Source: an uncultured delta proteobacterium (GTDB lineage Bacteria > Desulfobacterota > Binatia > Binatales > Binataceae). From it: 64,000 bases of DNA. Below, piece after piece: positions 10,461 through 19,821 of the stretch. The stretch spans positions 523,058 through 587,057 of the forward strand of contig CAWDTQ010000014.1 of the NCBI GenBank assembly GCA_963805315.1. The letters run 5' to 3'. The notes below the pieces were generated by a model. It saw only the letters and a list, made by a program, of their open reading frames with translations. It was not told the DNA's origin and ran no database searches. The first letter of the stretch is position 1. Each line of letters begins with the position of its first letter. The translations under genes were made by a program, and so were the position numbers.

Positions 10461-11369
10461 ATGCCAAGGAAAACACCGTTCACCCTCGTCGACGTCTTCA
10501 CCTCGCGGCCCTTCGGCGGCAACCAGCTCGCAGTTTTCACCGACGCCGCCGCGCTCAGCACGAGCGAGATGCAGGAGCTGGCGCATGAGATGAACTTCAG
10601 CGAATCGACGTTCGTGATGCCGCGCGAGTCTTCGGGCGCACGCCGCGTGAGGATTTTCACGCCGCGGCGCGAAATTCCGATGGCCGGGCATCCCACCGTC
10701 GGCACCACCTGGGTGCTCGCGAGCCGCGGCGAGATCGTGCTCGAAGCGGCGATCGTCGACGCGACGTTGCAACTCGGAATTGGGCCGGTGACGGTGACGA
10801 TCGAAAGCAGCCACGGCAAGCCGGATTTTGTCTGGATGGCGCATCGCGAGGCCGAGTTCGGTGCGAAGCGCAACGATCGCGAGCGCGTCGCGGCAGCCCT
10901 CGGAATCACGGCGGCGGACATTCGCGACGATCTGCCGATACAAAGCGTCTCGACCGGGTTTCCATTTACTTTCGTACCGCTGAAAACCCTCGCCGCGCTC
11001 GCGAAATGCGCGCCCAACGAGCCAGCGCACACCGCTTTGTTGAAGCCGGGCGAGCAGTCGCTTCCTTTATATATGTTTGTTGCGAGCGAGTCGGGCGAGT
11101 TCTCCGCGCGCTCGCGGATGTTCTCGCCGCATGACGGAGTTGCCGAGGACCCGGCGACCGGCGGTGCCGCAGCTCCGTTCGGCGCGTATGCCGCCTCATA
11201 CGGTTTGATCAAACCCGCGCCCAAGACATCATTCTTGATCAATCAAGGTGTCGAGATGGGACGGCCCAGTGAAATATGCGTCGAGGTCGCCCGCAAAGAC
11301 AGCGGCGCGTTCGCACTCCGAATCGGCGGTCGATGCGCGATCGTCGGCGAAGGCGCGATGTTCCTCTAA
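10461..11369 (+). CDS. PhzF-family isomerase-like protein
   Basis: The N-terminus FTLVDVFTSRPFGGNQLAVF...EMNFSESTFV and the 302-aa length are typical of the PhzF family. Confidence 0.9.
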   Translation: MPRKTPFTLVDVFTSRPFGGNQLAVFTDAAALSTSEMQELAHEMNFSESTFVMPRESSGARRVRIFTPRREIPMAGHPTVGTTWVLASRGEIVLEAAIVDATLQLGIGPVTVTIESSHGKPDFVWMAHREAEFGAKRNDRERVAAALGITAADIRDDLPIQSVSTGFPFTFVPLKTLAALAKCAPNEPAHTALLKPGEQSLPLYMFVASESGEFSARSRMFSPHDGVAEDPATGGAAAPFGAYAASYGLIKPAPKTSFLINQGVEMGRPSEICVEVARKDSGAFALRIGGRCAIVGEGAMFL

Positions 11370-11396
11370 CGCGCAGGCGCGGCTATTGTTGTGCGG

Positions 11397-11990
11397 ATGG
11401 ACGAAGGCCAAATCCCGTCGGTCGGTGAAAAGGCTCCCGAGTTCGCGCTCACCGACTCGACCGGCACCATGCGCCGGTTCGACGACCTGATCGCGCGAGG
11501 AATTTGCGTTATCGTTTTCTACCGCGGACATTGGTGACCGTTCTGCCTCCGCCAGTTGGCGGACTACTCGAAGCATCTCGAGGATTTTCGCGCAGCCGGC
11601 GCCGAGCTGGTTGCGATCTCCGTGGACGACGCGGCCCGCGCGGAGCCGGTCCGCAATGAGCTCGGCATCAAGTTTCCTCTCCTGTGCGACACGCGGCGCG
11701 AAGTCGTCACGGCCTACGGCCTGCTCAACACGCGTGAGAATGGCGGCATCGCTTTTCCTGCCTCCTTTGTAATCGACCGCGATCGCGTCGTCCGTTTCCG
11801 TGCGCTGGAGGATGTCGCATCGCGCGTGAGCGTGGACCAATTGCTTGGACTGGTGCGCGAGCTTGGCAAAGGCGGCGAAGCGACAACAACGAAAACACAA
11901 CCGCGCAAGCGCGGCGTGTGGCCCGGTGCGATGTTCGTCCGCGCGACGATGAACGCGCTTCGGCGCGGCGTTCGCGTCCAGTATAAATAA
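11397..11990 (+). CDS. AhpC/TSA (PRX_like2-type) peroxiredoxin with in-frame TGA at the first active-site Cys position: candidate selenoprotein (U-P-F-C)
   Basis: ATG 11397 reads ...KAPEFALTD...GICVIVFYRGHW-TGA(11535-11537)-PFCLRQLADYSKHLEDFRAAGAELVAISVDD... in a single frame through to 11990. A hairpin at 11548-11563 lies downstream of the TGA. The ORF track reports only the part from TTG 11556. Confidence 0.65.
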
Positions 11991-12015
11991 CTTTCCATTC
12001 CGGAATGGCGAGCCT

Positions 12016-13305
12016 ATGATTTTGCGCTCGGAGCGCATGGATCGTCGATACCTTATCGCGCTATCTCTTTTCTTTGCGGCCGCGCTCAGCGCGTGCGCAG
12101 GCGGTGTGCCCCAGGCGCCGCCGGCGTTTGTCACGAGTCCGCAAGGGGTTCGCGTCGAAGCGCTCGCGATGACCACGCCGCGCGCCGACGCGGCTGCGAT
12201 TCGGCTCCGCGACGGACGCATATTGATCTGCGGCGGCACGGCGACCGGAGAAGTCGGCGGTGTGCTGTCGAGTGCGGAGCTTTACGATCCTGTCGCCCGC
12301 ACCTTCACTCCTACCGGCGCGATGACGGTGCCGCGAGCTGGACAAACGATCACGATGCTCCGCGACGGACGCGTGCTGCTCACTGGCGGCGTGCGGAACG
12401 TCGGCTTCCGCTCGCAGCTAGCCAGCGCGGAGATTTACGATCCGGCCGGCGGCGCTTTCAGCGCAACGGCCTCGATGTCGACGCCGCGGGAGGGTCACAC
12501 CGCGACGATGCTTCGCGACGGGCGCGTGCTGATTGTCGGCGGCAGCGCCAACGGCGTTCAGACCTTGGGCTCGGCTGAGATTTATGATCCTTCGAGCGGT
12601 ACTTTCAGCCGCACCGGCCATTTGAATCAACCGCGCGTCGCGCACGTCGCCGCGCTGCTGGGCACCGGCAAGGTTCTGATCGCCGGCGGCGGCCGCGGCG
12701 GCATGCCGGGCGGCTACATCTCCTACGACACCGCGGAAATGTACGATCCGGCCACGCGCAGCTTTACCGCGATGCGCGCCCACATGAAGAGCGATCGCGT
12801 CGGCGCGGCCGCCGTCAGATTGACCGACGGTCGGGTGCTGATCGTCGGCGGCAAGAGCGGACGAGTAGTGACGAGCCGGCATCCGAGTCTCGGCTCGCTT
12901 ACGCCGCTCAACACCGCGGAGATTTACGATCCCGAATCCGGCTCCTTCATCCGAACCGGCGACATGAGCGCGCCGCACTACCTTGCGACTGCGACGAAGC
13001 TCGTCGATGGCAACGTGCTGGTCGTCGGCGGATGGACCATCAAGGGACCGGTAGTAGTCGGGATGCACGACGCCGAAGTCTACCAGCCCGCAACGAACCG
13101 GTTTTCGCGCGTAGGGCAAACCAACGTCGCGCGCCTGACCAACACCGCAACACTGATGAACGATGGCGAGGTGCTGATAGCCGGCGGCGTCGCCGACAAA
13201 GCGCTGATAACCGCGTCAGTCGAGTTCTATTCCCCGCTGCAACATCGCTTCCTGATGCTGCCCGAATCCACCCCCGCCACCCAGGCCACGCCGGCCCAGC
13301 AATGA
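12016..13305 (+). CDS. Kelch-repeat (beta-propeller) lipoprotein
   Basis: The signal peptide has a lipobox (LFFAAALSAC). The units DGR(V/I)L(I/L)xGG...SAE(I/L)YDP...F are repeated about 7 times. Confidence 0.8.
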   Translation: MILRSERMDRRYLIALSLFFAAALSACAGGVPQAPPAFVTSPQGVRVEALAMTTPRADAAAIRLRDGRILICGGTATGEVGGVLSSAELYDPVARTFTPTGAMTVPRAGQTITMLRDGRVLLTGGVRNVGFRSQLASAEIYDPAGGAFSATASMSTPREGHTATMLRDGRVLIVGGSANGVQTLGSAEIYDPSSGTFSRTGHLNQPRVAHVAALLGTGKVLIAGGGRGGMPGGYISYDTAEMYDPATRSFTAMRAHMKSDRVGAAAVRLTDGRVLIVGGKSGRVVTSRHPSLGSLTPLNTAEIYDPESGSFIRTGDMSAPHYLATATKLVDGNVLVVGGWTIKGPVVVGMHDAEVYQPATNRFSRVGQTNVARLTNTATLMNDGEVLIAGGVADKALITASVEFYSPLQHRFLMLPESTPATQATPAQQ

Positions 13306-14239
13306 AACGACTCGTCAGAAAGGACAGCTTCGCGACCAGCGAAGCCGGCGGTCCTTTGCCGCTGCCGTCGCGCAAGCCTCCGGCATCTTCATCTGTTGCA
13401 GACGGCGAGCGAGCGAGCAGGCTGCCCCGCGCTCAGTATCCACCGTTGCTAATAGGCTGTCGATTGCCCGACATCGATTTGTCGTAGTCAGGACTCTGCT
13501 CGGCGCACCATCCGCGGCTCCTCACGTATTGCACCTCCAGCATCGTTATCGGTGGTCCGGAAAGCAGGCGCGTTGTGAAACCCTGCGGTTCTGGGTATCA
13601 AACTGGCACTCGGCGGTACCGATCAGAATCTGCCATTGGGCATTTTGAACGGCAACTCGACATCCGTGTGGCGGACGCCGTTCTGTTCCAGCAGCTGTGA
13701 GTAGTATTCAACTCCGTTGAGTGTGAAAGTGGGTTGATCGATGAATGCCTCGAATTAGCTCGAGGTCAACGGTACTTCCGCTTTGGCTGATGGTACGACC
13801 TTTCGGCATTCGGATAGTCCGGCCGCGGCCGAAGTGACTGTTGAGCATTTCGAGACGTCCACTGCCGGTGATAGTTAACAGGAAATCTTCCTCACGGAGA
13901 TTCCCCCCTCTTCCGTGCTATTCGTGTGACACGAACGCCAAAGCGTGATAGCAAGTACCGGCAGACAGGCGCGAGCGCGGTGGCGTGGCGGAGACTCATC
14001 GACATTGAGTTAGCAGACCATCCGCGCGACCGACAAATAACAACGGACTTGCTTCTCGCTCATGGTCGCCGGGTACGCCGTTTGCTACTACTTCATTCGG
14101 ATTCACGCGAATGGGCAGGCAAAACAGAAATCGAACTCAAACTGAGACATTGCCCGCGTTTGAGCTGCGCGACGGGCGTGGCGCTGCGCGCTCCTTTCCG
14201 TCTGCGCGGCCATCGCTGCTTTGTTTCGTTGAGGCCGCG

Positions 14240-14665
14240 TCAATTTCGCTGACGTTTTCGCGGCGCACGCGTAGCCAGGTTCCAGAATTCGCGCGGGCTT
14301 ATGATCCGCAGGCCTTCGAGCTTCTTCTTGAGCGCGAACATCTCTCGATCGCCGGTTATCAGGATTTCCGCATTCGCGTTGATCGCCGAACCTACAACAA
14401 TCAGATCGCCTCGCTCGCTGAGACTTAGCCTCGGCAACTGGCGTGGCTTCGGTTCAACGTGATAGCCGCGAAGGAACCTTTCGACTTCCTTCACCTTGTC
14501 CGCTCGTGTATCGAACTTCCTGATCAACACCCGGCGTAGTTCCTCGAGCACCACTTCTCCAGTCACAAGCTCGTGTTCGCCTAGGACGACCTGCAACACA
14601 TCGGCGCACAGGCCGCGCGTACCGAACGCGCTTACGAGCACGTTGGTGTCGAGGAAGACCCTCAC
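14240..14665 (-). CDS. vapC: PIN-domain toxin (VapC-like)
   Basis: Contains MRVFLDTNVLVSAF with acidic PIN residues, and ...EILITGD near the C-terminus. It overlaps the upstream RHH gene by 4 nt. Confidence 0.8.
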   Translation of the reverse strand: MRVFLDTNVLVSAFGTRGLCADVLQVVLGEHELVTGEVVLEELRRVLIRKFDTRADKVKEVERFLRGYHVEPKPRQLPRLSLSERGDLIVVGSAINANAEILITGDREMFALKKKLEGLRIISPREFWNLATRAPRKRQRN

Positions 14666-14892
14666 GATACGCTATCGAAAACGTCCTCATCCGTGAGAAA
14701 GCCGCGTGCTGCGGCATACGGCATCACGCTTCGGCGCAGTTGTTGGAACCGAAGTTGAGCCAGGTGCCGCTTCAGCGCCGTGCGCATCACTTCGCTTCGC
14801 GTGCGTCCCGAGCGGCGGCAGACCTCGTCGAGGATGGGCGCGAGGTCGTCGTCGAGCCGAACCGTTATAGTGTTTCCTTTCATGTGTGACAT
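14662..14892 (-). CDS. Ribbon-helix-helix (CopG/VapB-like) antitoxin
   Basis: The RHH pattern is TITVRLDDDLAPILDEVCRRSGRTRSEVMRTALKRHL. The gene is translationally coupled to the PIN gene. Confidence 0.8.
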   Translation of the reverse strand: MSHMKGNTITVRLDDDLAPILDEVCRRSGRTRSEVMRTALKRHLAQLRFQQLRRSVMPYAAARGFLTDEDVFDSVS

Positions 14893-15026
14893 AGTAACAC
14901 ATCGTCGGCCGTGCTCTCAACCGGCTGTACGCGGATCGGATACCCGCGAATGGGAGGGTTTATTTGACGCCTCTCGCGTGATGAAATCTTGGACGGGATC
15001 GAAGAGCCGTTGCGGGAGTCATCGGG

Positions 15027-16151
15027 GTGGAATCGGAAAACATTCGGCGTCAGGAACCGCTTGATTCGCGCACGCCGTCATTGTCGGCGTCCGCGGCGCC
15101 CGTCGTCATGCTCGATCCGCCGCCGAACCGAATCCTGGTCAAGGAAGTCAACTGGCTTGGCGACGTCGTGATGAGCCGGCCGGCGTTGCGGGCGATTCGC
15201 CGCGCGTGGCCGCGCGCGCATCTCGCGGTGTTGGTCAAGAAAGAGCTGGCGAGCTTCTTTGACGGCGCCCGGTGGCTCGACGAGGTGATTGCATACTCGG
15301 TCGGGCGCGGACTCTCCGGGTTTTTCGATCGGCGCAGAATCGTCGGCGAAATTCGGTCACGGCGATTCGACCTGGGGGTTTTGTTTCCGAACAGTTTCGA
15401 GTCGGCACTCTGGCTCGCGATGGCGGGAGTCCGGCGGCGCGCCGGTTTCGTCGCCGATGCGCGCGGCGCGATGCTGACGTTGAAGGCCACGCCTCCGCCC
15501 GAAGCGCTTATCGATCACCAGGTGAACTATTGGCTGACGATGGTGCGCGCCACGGGCGTGGCTTACGGCAGCGCCGACGATTTTGCGATCGACGTGCATG
15601 GACCCTATCGCGAACGGATGCACGAATGGCTGGCGGCGAATCGCAAGCGCCCCGGCCGTCCGATCTTCGCGATCGCACCTGCGGCGGCGTACGGACCGGC
15701 CAAAGAGTGGCCCGCGGACAGCTACGGCGCGCTGATCGATCTGCTCGCGTGTCGCGAAGACGCCGAAGTAGTGCTGGTCGGCGCGCCGTCCGAGCGCGTG
15801 AAATGCGAGGAAGTCGCGGCCGCCAGCAAAGCGGGCGCGATGATCGCAGCCGGGCACACGAACATCGGCGAGCTGATCGCGCTCCTGTCGCTGTGCGACG
15901 GGTTCATCGGCAACGATTCAGGCTGCATGCATCTGGCGGGCGCGCTCGGAATTCCGACGGTCGCGATTTTCGGATCGACCAATCCGAATCGCACCGGGCC
16001 GCTCGGCCCGAACACCCGCGTGATTTACCGCAAGCTCGAATGCAGCCCGTGCCTGGCGCGCACTTGCCGCTTTGGGCATTACAACTGCCTGACGCAGATC
16101 GAACCGGCTGAGCTGGCCGACGCGATCGCTTCGATGCGCGCGCCGGTTTGA
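15027..16151 (+). CDS. waaF: GT9 lipopolysaccharide heptosyltransferase (type II-like)
   Basis: Contains ILVKEVNWLGDVVMSRPALRAIRRAWP, GNDSGCMHLAGALGIPTV and C-terminal CSPCLARTCRFGHYNCL. The start is uncertain (a later ATG near 15108 is possible), and the I versus II assignment is not certain. Confidence 0.8.
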   Translation: MESENIRRQEPLDSRTPSLSASAAPVVMLDPPPNRILVKEVNWLGDVVMSRPALRAIRRAWPRAHLAVLVKKELASFFDGARWLDEVIAYSVGRGLSGFFDRRRIVGEIRSRRFDLGVLFPNSFESALWLAMAGVRRRAGFVADARGAMLTLKATPPPEALIDHQVNYWLTMVRATGVAYGSADDFAIDVHGPYRERMHEWLAANRKRPGRPIFAIAPAAAYGPAKEWPADSYGALIDLLACREDAEVVLVGAPSERVKCEEVAAASKAGAMIAAGHTNIGELIALLSLCDGFIGNDSGCMHLAGALGIPTVAIFGSTNPNRTGPLGPNTRVIYRKLECSPCLARTCRFGHYNCLTQIEPAELADAIASMRAPV

Positions 16152-16199
16152 ATCCGGACGCTTGAAAAACTTTCGCGAACGGAAGACCAGGACATCAAG

Positions 16200-17220
16200 A
16201 TGAAACTCAAGGAACTCGCATCGAAGCTGGGATTGGAGTTGCGCGGCGACGGCAGCGTGGAAATTTTCGCGCCGGCGCCGATCGAGGCCGCCGCGCCCGG
16301 CATGATCGTTTTCGTGGCGAGCGCGAAGTACGCATCCGCGCTGCAGTCCAGAGTATCGGCGGCCATCACGACGGCGGCGCTGGCGGCGGACGCAAAGTGC
16401 GCGACGCTTATCAGCGCGAATCCGTACGCGGACTTTGCGCGCGTGCTCGGGATTTTCTTTCCGCCTTACCGCCCTGCGCCGGGAATCGATCCGCGCGCTT
16501 CGGTCGCGCCCGACGCGACGATCGGTGAGAACGCGTCGATCGGAGCGGCGGCGGTGATCGGCGCGGGCGTAACGATTGGGCGCGACGCGGTGATTCATCC
16601 GAACGTGACGATTTACCCGGGCGTGCGCATCGGCGATCGCTTCACCGCGCACAGCGGCGTGTCGATTCGCGAGGGCACGGTGATTGGAGATCGCGTGACG
16701 ATTTTGAATGGCGCGGTAATCGGCGCCGATGGTTTCGGCTTCGTCGAGGAGAAGGGCGATTTGATCAAAATTCCGCAAGTCGGCAGCGTCGTAATAGACA
16801 GACGATGTGGAGATTGGCGCGAATTCGACGGTCGATCGCGCGATGATGGGAGCGACGGTGCTGCATCGCGGCGTGAAGCTCGACGACCAGGTGCATATCG
16901 GGCACAACTGCGAAATCGGCGAGTACTCGCGATTTTCAGGGCACACCGGAATCTCGGGCTCGACGCGAATCGGCAAATGGTGCCTGTTCGGCGGACAAGT
17001 GGGATGCGCCGACCACGCGACGATCGGCGATCGAGTCATGGTGGTGGCGAAATCCGGCATCCCCGGCGACGTGAAAGACGACGCGATCGTCGGAGGCATC
17101 CCGGCCGTGGACGTGCGCAAGTGGCGTCGCTACTCCGCCGCGCTGACGCGGCTGCCCGAATTGATTCGGCGCGTGCGCGCGCTGGAGAATCGCGCCGGTA
17201 TCGACAATCGCGAGGCGTAG
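16200..17220 (+). CDS. lpxD: UDP-3-O-acylglucosamine N-acyltransferase, interrupted by a +1 indel at ~16800
   Basis: Hexapeptide repeats run IGENASIGAAAVIGAGVTIGRDAVIHPNVTIYPGVRIGD... up to QVGSVVID. The sequence then continues in another frame as DDVEIGANSTVDRAMMGATVLHRGVKLDDQVHIGHNCEIG (ORF 16807..17220). Removing one A in gacAgacgat restores a single frame. Confidence 0.9.
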
Positions 17221-17243
17221 CGGTCCGGGCCGGCAGTGATGGA

Positions 17244-17465
17244 ATGCGCAAGACGCGCCAATCAGTTGCGACGATCGCGTTGGTCACGGCGGCGGCGTTC
17301 TTTTGTTCGGGATGTCTGGCGATGATGGTTCCGGGTCTCGCGTACTCGGGCTACAAGTACGAGCATGACAAGAACAATGGCGCGCAGAGCGCGTCGAATA
17401 CGCAGAGCAACAAATCGACCAGCTCGACGCCGCAGCAAAAGATTCCTGACAGCGAAATCGAGTAA
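17244..17465 (+). CDS. Small lipoprotein (73 aa), hypothetical
   Basis: Reads MRKTRQSVATIALVTAAAFFCSGC..., followed by a polar Ser/Thr/Asn/Gln-rich tail. It lies by chance in the same frame as the 5' part of lpxD, which is why the ORF track shows one ORF 16200..17465. Confidence 0.5.
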   Translation: MRKTRQSVATIALVTAAAFFCSGCLAMMVPGLAYSGYKYEHDKNNGAQSASNTQSNKSTSSTPQQKIPDSEIE

Positions 17466-17483
17466 CGGATTCGGCCGCCGCTT

Positions 17484-18422
17484 GTGCCAGAGCTGACGTT
17501 CACACTTGCGCCGCGGCCGCCATTCAGACTCGACCTGACAGTGTGGGCGCTTCGCCGGCGGGCGCATAACGTCGTCGATAGATTCGACGACGGAGTCTGG
17601 CGGCGCGTCCTGGTGATTGGCAGGTCGGCGGTGGCGATCGCAGTCGGGCAGACGCGACGCGGTGCGCGTCCGGAAATCGAAGTGCGGATTTCAGCGGCGC
17701 GCCCGCATGCCGTTAAGGCTGAAGTCGCCGCGATCGTGACGAAGATGCTCGGGCTCGAGTGCGACCTGTCGGACTTCTACAAGCTCGCGCGCGGCGACGC
17801 CCGGCTGCGCGAGCTGGCGGATCGGCTGCGGGGAATGAAACCGGTGCGTTACGCGACGGTGTTCGAGGCGTTCGCCAATGCGGTCGCGTGCCAGCTGGTT
17901 TCGCTGAGCGCCGGGATGCATGTGCTGAACCGGATGGCGGAAGCATTCGGAGTGCGCAGCGAGATCGATGGCGCGGCGGCGTCGATGCGATCGTTTCCGC
18001 CCGCAACGGCGGTAGCACGATCGAATCGCGACGCGCTGCGCGCGCTCGGGCTGAGCAGGCAAAAGGGTGAATATCTGATCGGGCTGGCGCGGCTGGCGAT
18101 CGATCCCCACGACCGGGATTTCGCGTCGATCGAGCGGCTCGACGACGCCGACGCAGTCGCGCGCCTTTCGAAGATTCGCGGCGTGGGACGCTGGACGGCC
18201 GAGTACGTGATGCTGCGCGGCTTCGGGCGGATCGACATTTTCCCGGGCGACGACGTCGGCGGCCGCAACAAGCTCTTCGAATGGCTCGGCGCGAGCGGCG
18301 AGCCGACCTACGACGGCGTCGGCAGGATGCTCGAGCGGTGGCGTCCGTACGCCGGACTCATCTATCTTCATCTGATTGTGAACGCAGTCGTCGACGATGG
18401 CCGCGTCAAGCTTGGAACCTGA
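17484..18422 (+). CDS. HhH-GPD DNA glycosylase (AlkA-like 3-methyladenine glycosylase II family)
   Basis: Contains LSKIRGVGRWTAEYVMLRGFGRIDIFPGDDVG (helix-hairpin-helix plus a catalytic Asp context). The size is ~310 aa. Confidence 0.8.
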   Translation: MPELTFTLAPRPPFRLDLTVWALRRRAHNVVDRFDDGVWRRVLVIGRSAVAIAVGQTRRGARPEIEVRISAARPHAVKAEVAAIVTKMLGLECDLSDFYKLARGDARLRELADRLRGMKPVRYATVFEAFANAVACQLVSLSAGMHVLNRMAEAFGVRSEIDGAAASMRSFPPATAVARSNRDALRALGLSRQKGEYLIGLARLAIDPHDRDFASIERLDDADAVARLSKIRGVGRWTAEYVMLRGFGRIDIFPGDDVGGRNKLFEWLGASGEPTYDGVGRMLERWRPYAGLIYLHLIVNAVVDDGRVKLGT

Positions 18423-18440
18423 CGGGAGGTTTTTTTCCTG

Positions 18441-18833
18441 GTGCTCGCGTATTTTCTTGATTGCGATCGGCAGCGCGCTCGGCGGGATGGGACGTTATTT
18501 TGTTTCGGGCGTCATCACGACGCTCACCGGCGGCACGTTTCCGTACGGCACGATGCTCGTGAACATCACGGGGTGCCTGGTGATCGGATTTTTCGCGACG
18601 CTGACGGGGCCGGACGGGCGCTTGCTGGTCGGCACGCCGGCGCGGCAGTTCGTGATGGTCGGAATTTGCGGCGGCTACACGACGTTCTCGAGTTCTCGCT
18701 CGAGACGCTTTACCTGATGCGCGCGGGCGAGTGGATGCCGGCGACATTGAACGCCGTGGGTTCGGTTTTCCTGTGCATGCTGTCAGTGTGGATCGGGTAC
18801 GTCGCCGCGACGGCGCTCAACCGGGGAGTGTAG
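18441..18833 (+). CDS. crcB: Fluoride channel CrcB, with a 1-nt deletion-type frameshift at ~18691-18694
   Basis: Frame B reads IFLIAIGSALGGMGRYFVSG...FPYGTMLVNITGCLVIGFF...GICGGYTTFSS. Frame A continues FSLETLYLMRAGEW...SVWIGYVAATAL. The start is ambiguous: GTG 18441 after GGGAGG is in frame A, and TTG 18457 is in frame B. Confidence 0.8.
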   Translation: MLAYFLDCDRQRARRDGTLFCFGRHHDAHRRHVSVRHDAREHHGVPGDRIFRDADGAGRALAGRHAGAAVRDGRNLRRLHDVLEFSLETLYLMRAGEWMPATLNAVGSVFLCMLSVWIGYVAATALNRGV

Positions 18834-18835
18834 CG

Positions 18836-19180
18836 ATGCAAATCCCACGCGATGCGGTGTTGCTCAGAATTTTCATCGGCGAGAGCGAACGCTCGGACCA
18901 CAAGCCGCTGTACGAAGCGATCGTGTTGAAGGCGCGCGAGCTTCAACTCGGCGGCGCGACGGTGATCCGCGGGCCGATGGGCTTCGGCCGATCGAGCCAT
19001 CTGCATTCGGCGAAACTTCTGCGGCTGTCGGAAGACCTGCCGATGATCATCGAGATCGTCGACAGCCAGGCAAAGATCGACGCCTTCATCCCGGTACTCG
19101 ACCGGATGATGGGCTCGGGACTGATCACGGTCGAGAAAGTCCAGGTACTGCAATACGGCGACGACAAACCCAAAACCTAG
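18836..19180 (+). CDS. DUF190 (PII-like) protein commonly paired with crcB
   Basis: Reads MQIPRDAVLLRIFIGESERSDHKPLYEAIVLKAREL..GATVIRGPMGFG. It lies immediately after crcB. Confidence 0.8.
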   Translation: MQIPRDAVLLRIFIGESERSDHKPLYEAIVLKARELQLGGATVIRGPMGFGRSSHLHSAKLLRLSEDLPMIIEIVDSQAKIDAFIPVLDRMMGSGLITVEKVQVLQYGDDKPKT

Positions 19181-19189
19181 GAGACGGAC

Positions 19190-19591
19190 GTGGAAAAAAA
19201 ATATATCAATCCCGACACGTTGATGACGCCGCGCGGCTTTACGCAAGTCGTGACGATTGCGGGACCGGCGAAGCTGGTGTTCATTTCGGGCCAGGTGGCG
19301 GTCGACAAGGAAGGCAAGCTGGTGGGGCCGGGCGACCTGAAGACGCAAATTCGCCAGGCGGCAAAGAACCTGAAAGCCGCGCTGACGGCTGCAGGAGCCA
19401 CGGCGGGCGACATCGTGAAGACCAACACCTACATCGTGAACTACAAGCAGGCGGACTATTCCGCGATGCGCGAGGCGCGCGCCGAGCTGTTTCCGGAGGG
19501 CGAAGCGCCGGCGTCGACGATGGTGGGCGTGACGTCGCTCGCGGTTGACGGGCTGATGGTCGAGATGGAAGCGATCGCGGCGGTGAAATGA
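19190..19591 (+). CDS. RidA/YjgF family protein
   Basis: Contains FISGQVAVDKEGKLVGPGDLKTQIRQAAKNLKAAL...DIVKTNTYIV. The GTG start follows AGGAGA. Confidence 0.85.
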   Translation: MEKKYINPDTLMTPRGFTQVVTIAGPAKLVFISGQVAVDKEGKLVGPGDLKTQIRQAAKNLKAALTAAGATAGDIVKTNTYIVNYKQADYSAMREARAELFPEGEAPASTMVGVTSLAVDGLMVEMEAIAAVK

Positions 19592-19821
19592 GGGGCTGCG
19601 GCGGCAGGCTGGAGATGAGAATTAACCCTTGGCAGCCTCTGAGTTATAATTTCGTACAATTTGACGCGCTTGCAAAGTCAGTGTAAACCATTATGTGCGT
19701 CGGCGTTGTTGCCGGGCTGCGGGAACCTTGACCGCCGCGGCGAGATGCCCGCAAATGATGGAGGAATAAGATGGAAGCAGAAGCGCAGGCGCTGGTTGTA
19801 CCTCGGCGGGAGATTGGAACG

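Noticed and set aside
9003-11030. 675-aa ORF on the minus strand
   Set aside because: It lies antisense to the well-supported thiolase and PhzF genes. It is extremely Arg/Ala/Gly-rich with no motif. Long antisense ORFs like this are typical shadow ORFs in high-GC DNA.
15918-17120. 400-aa minus-strand ORF
   Set aside because: It is antisense to waaF and lpxD, with Arg-rich composition.
18340-18440. Possible fluoride riboswitch upstream of crcB
   Set aside because: crcB genes often have one. This stretch is the 3' end of the glycosylase gene, and I could not find the conserved crcB-motif elements (the GGnGAUGG...CUGAUGA pseudoknot pattern). The match is only vague (gacgatgg...cctga).
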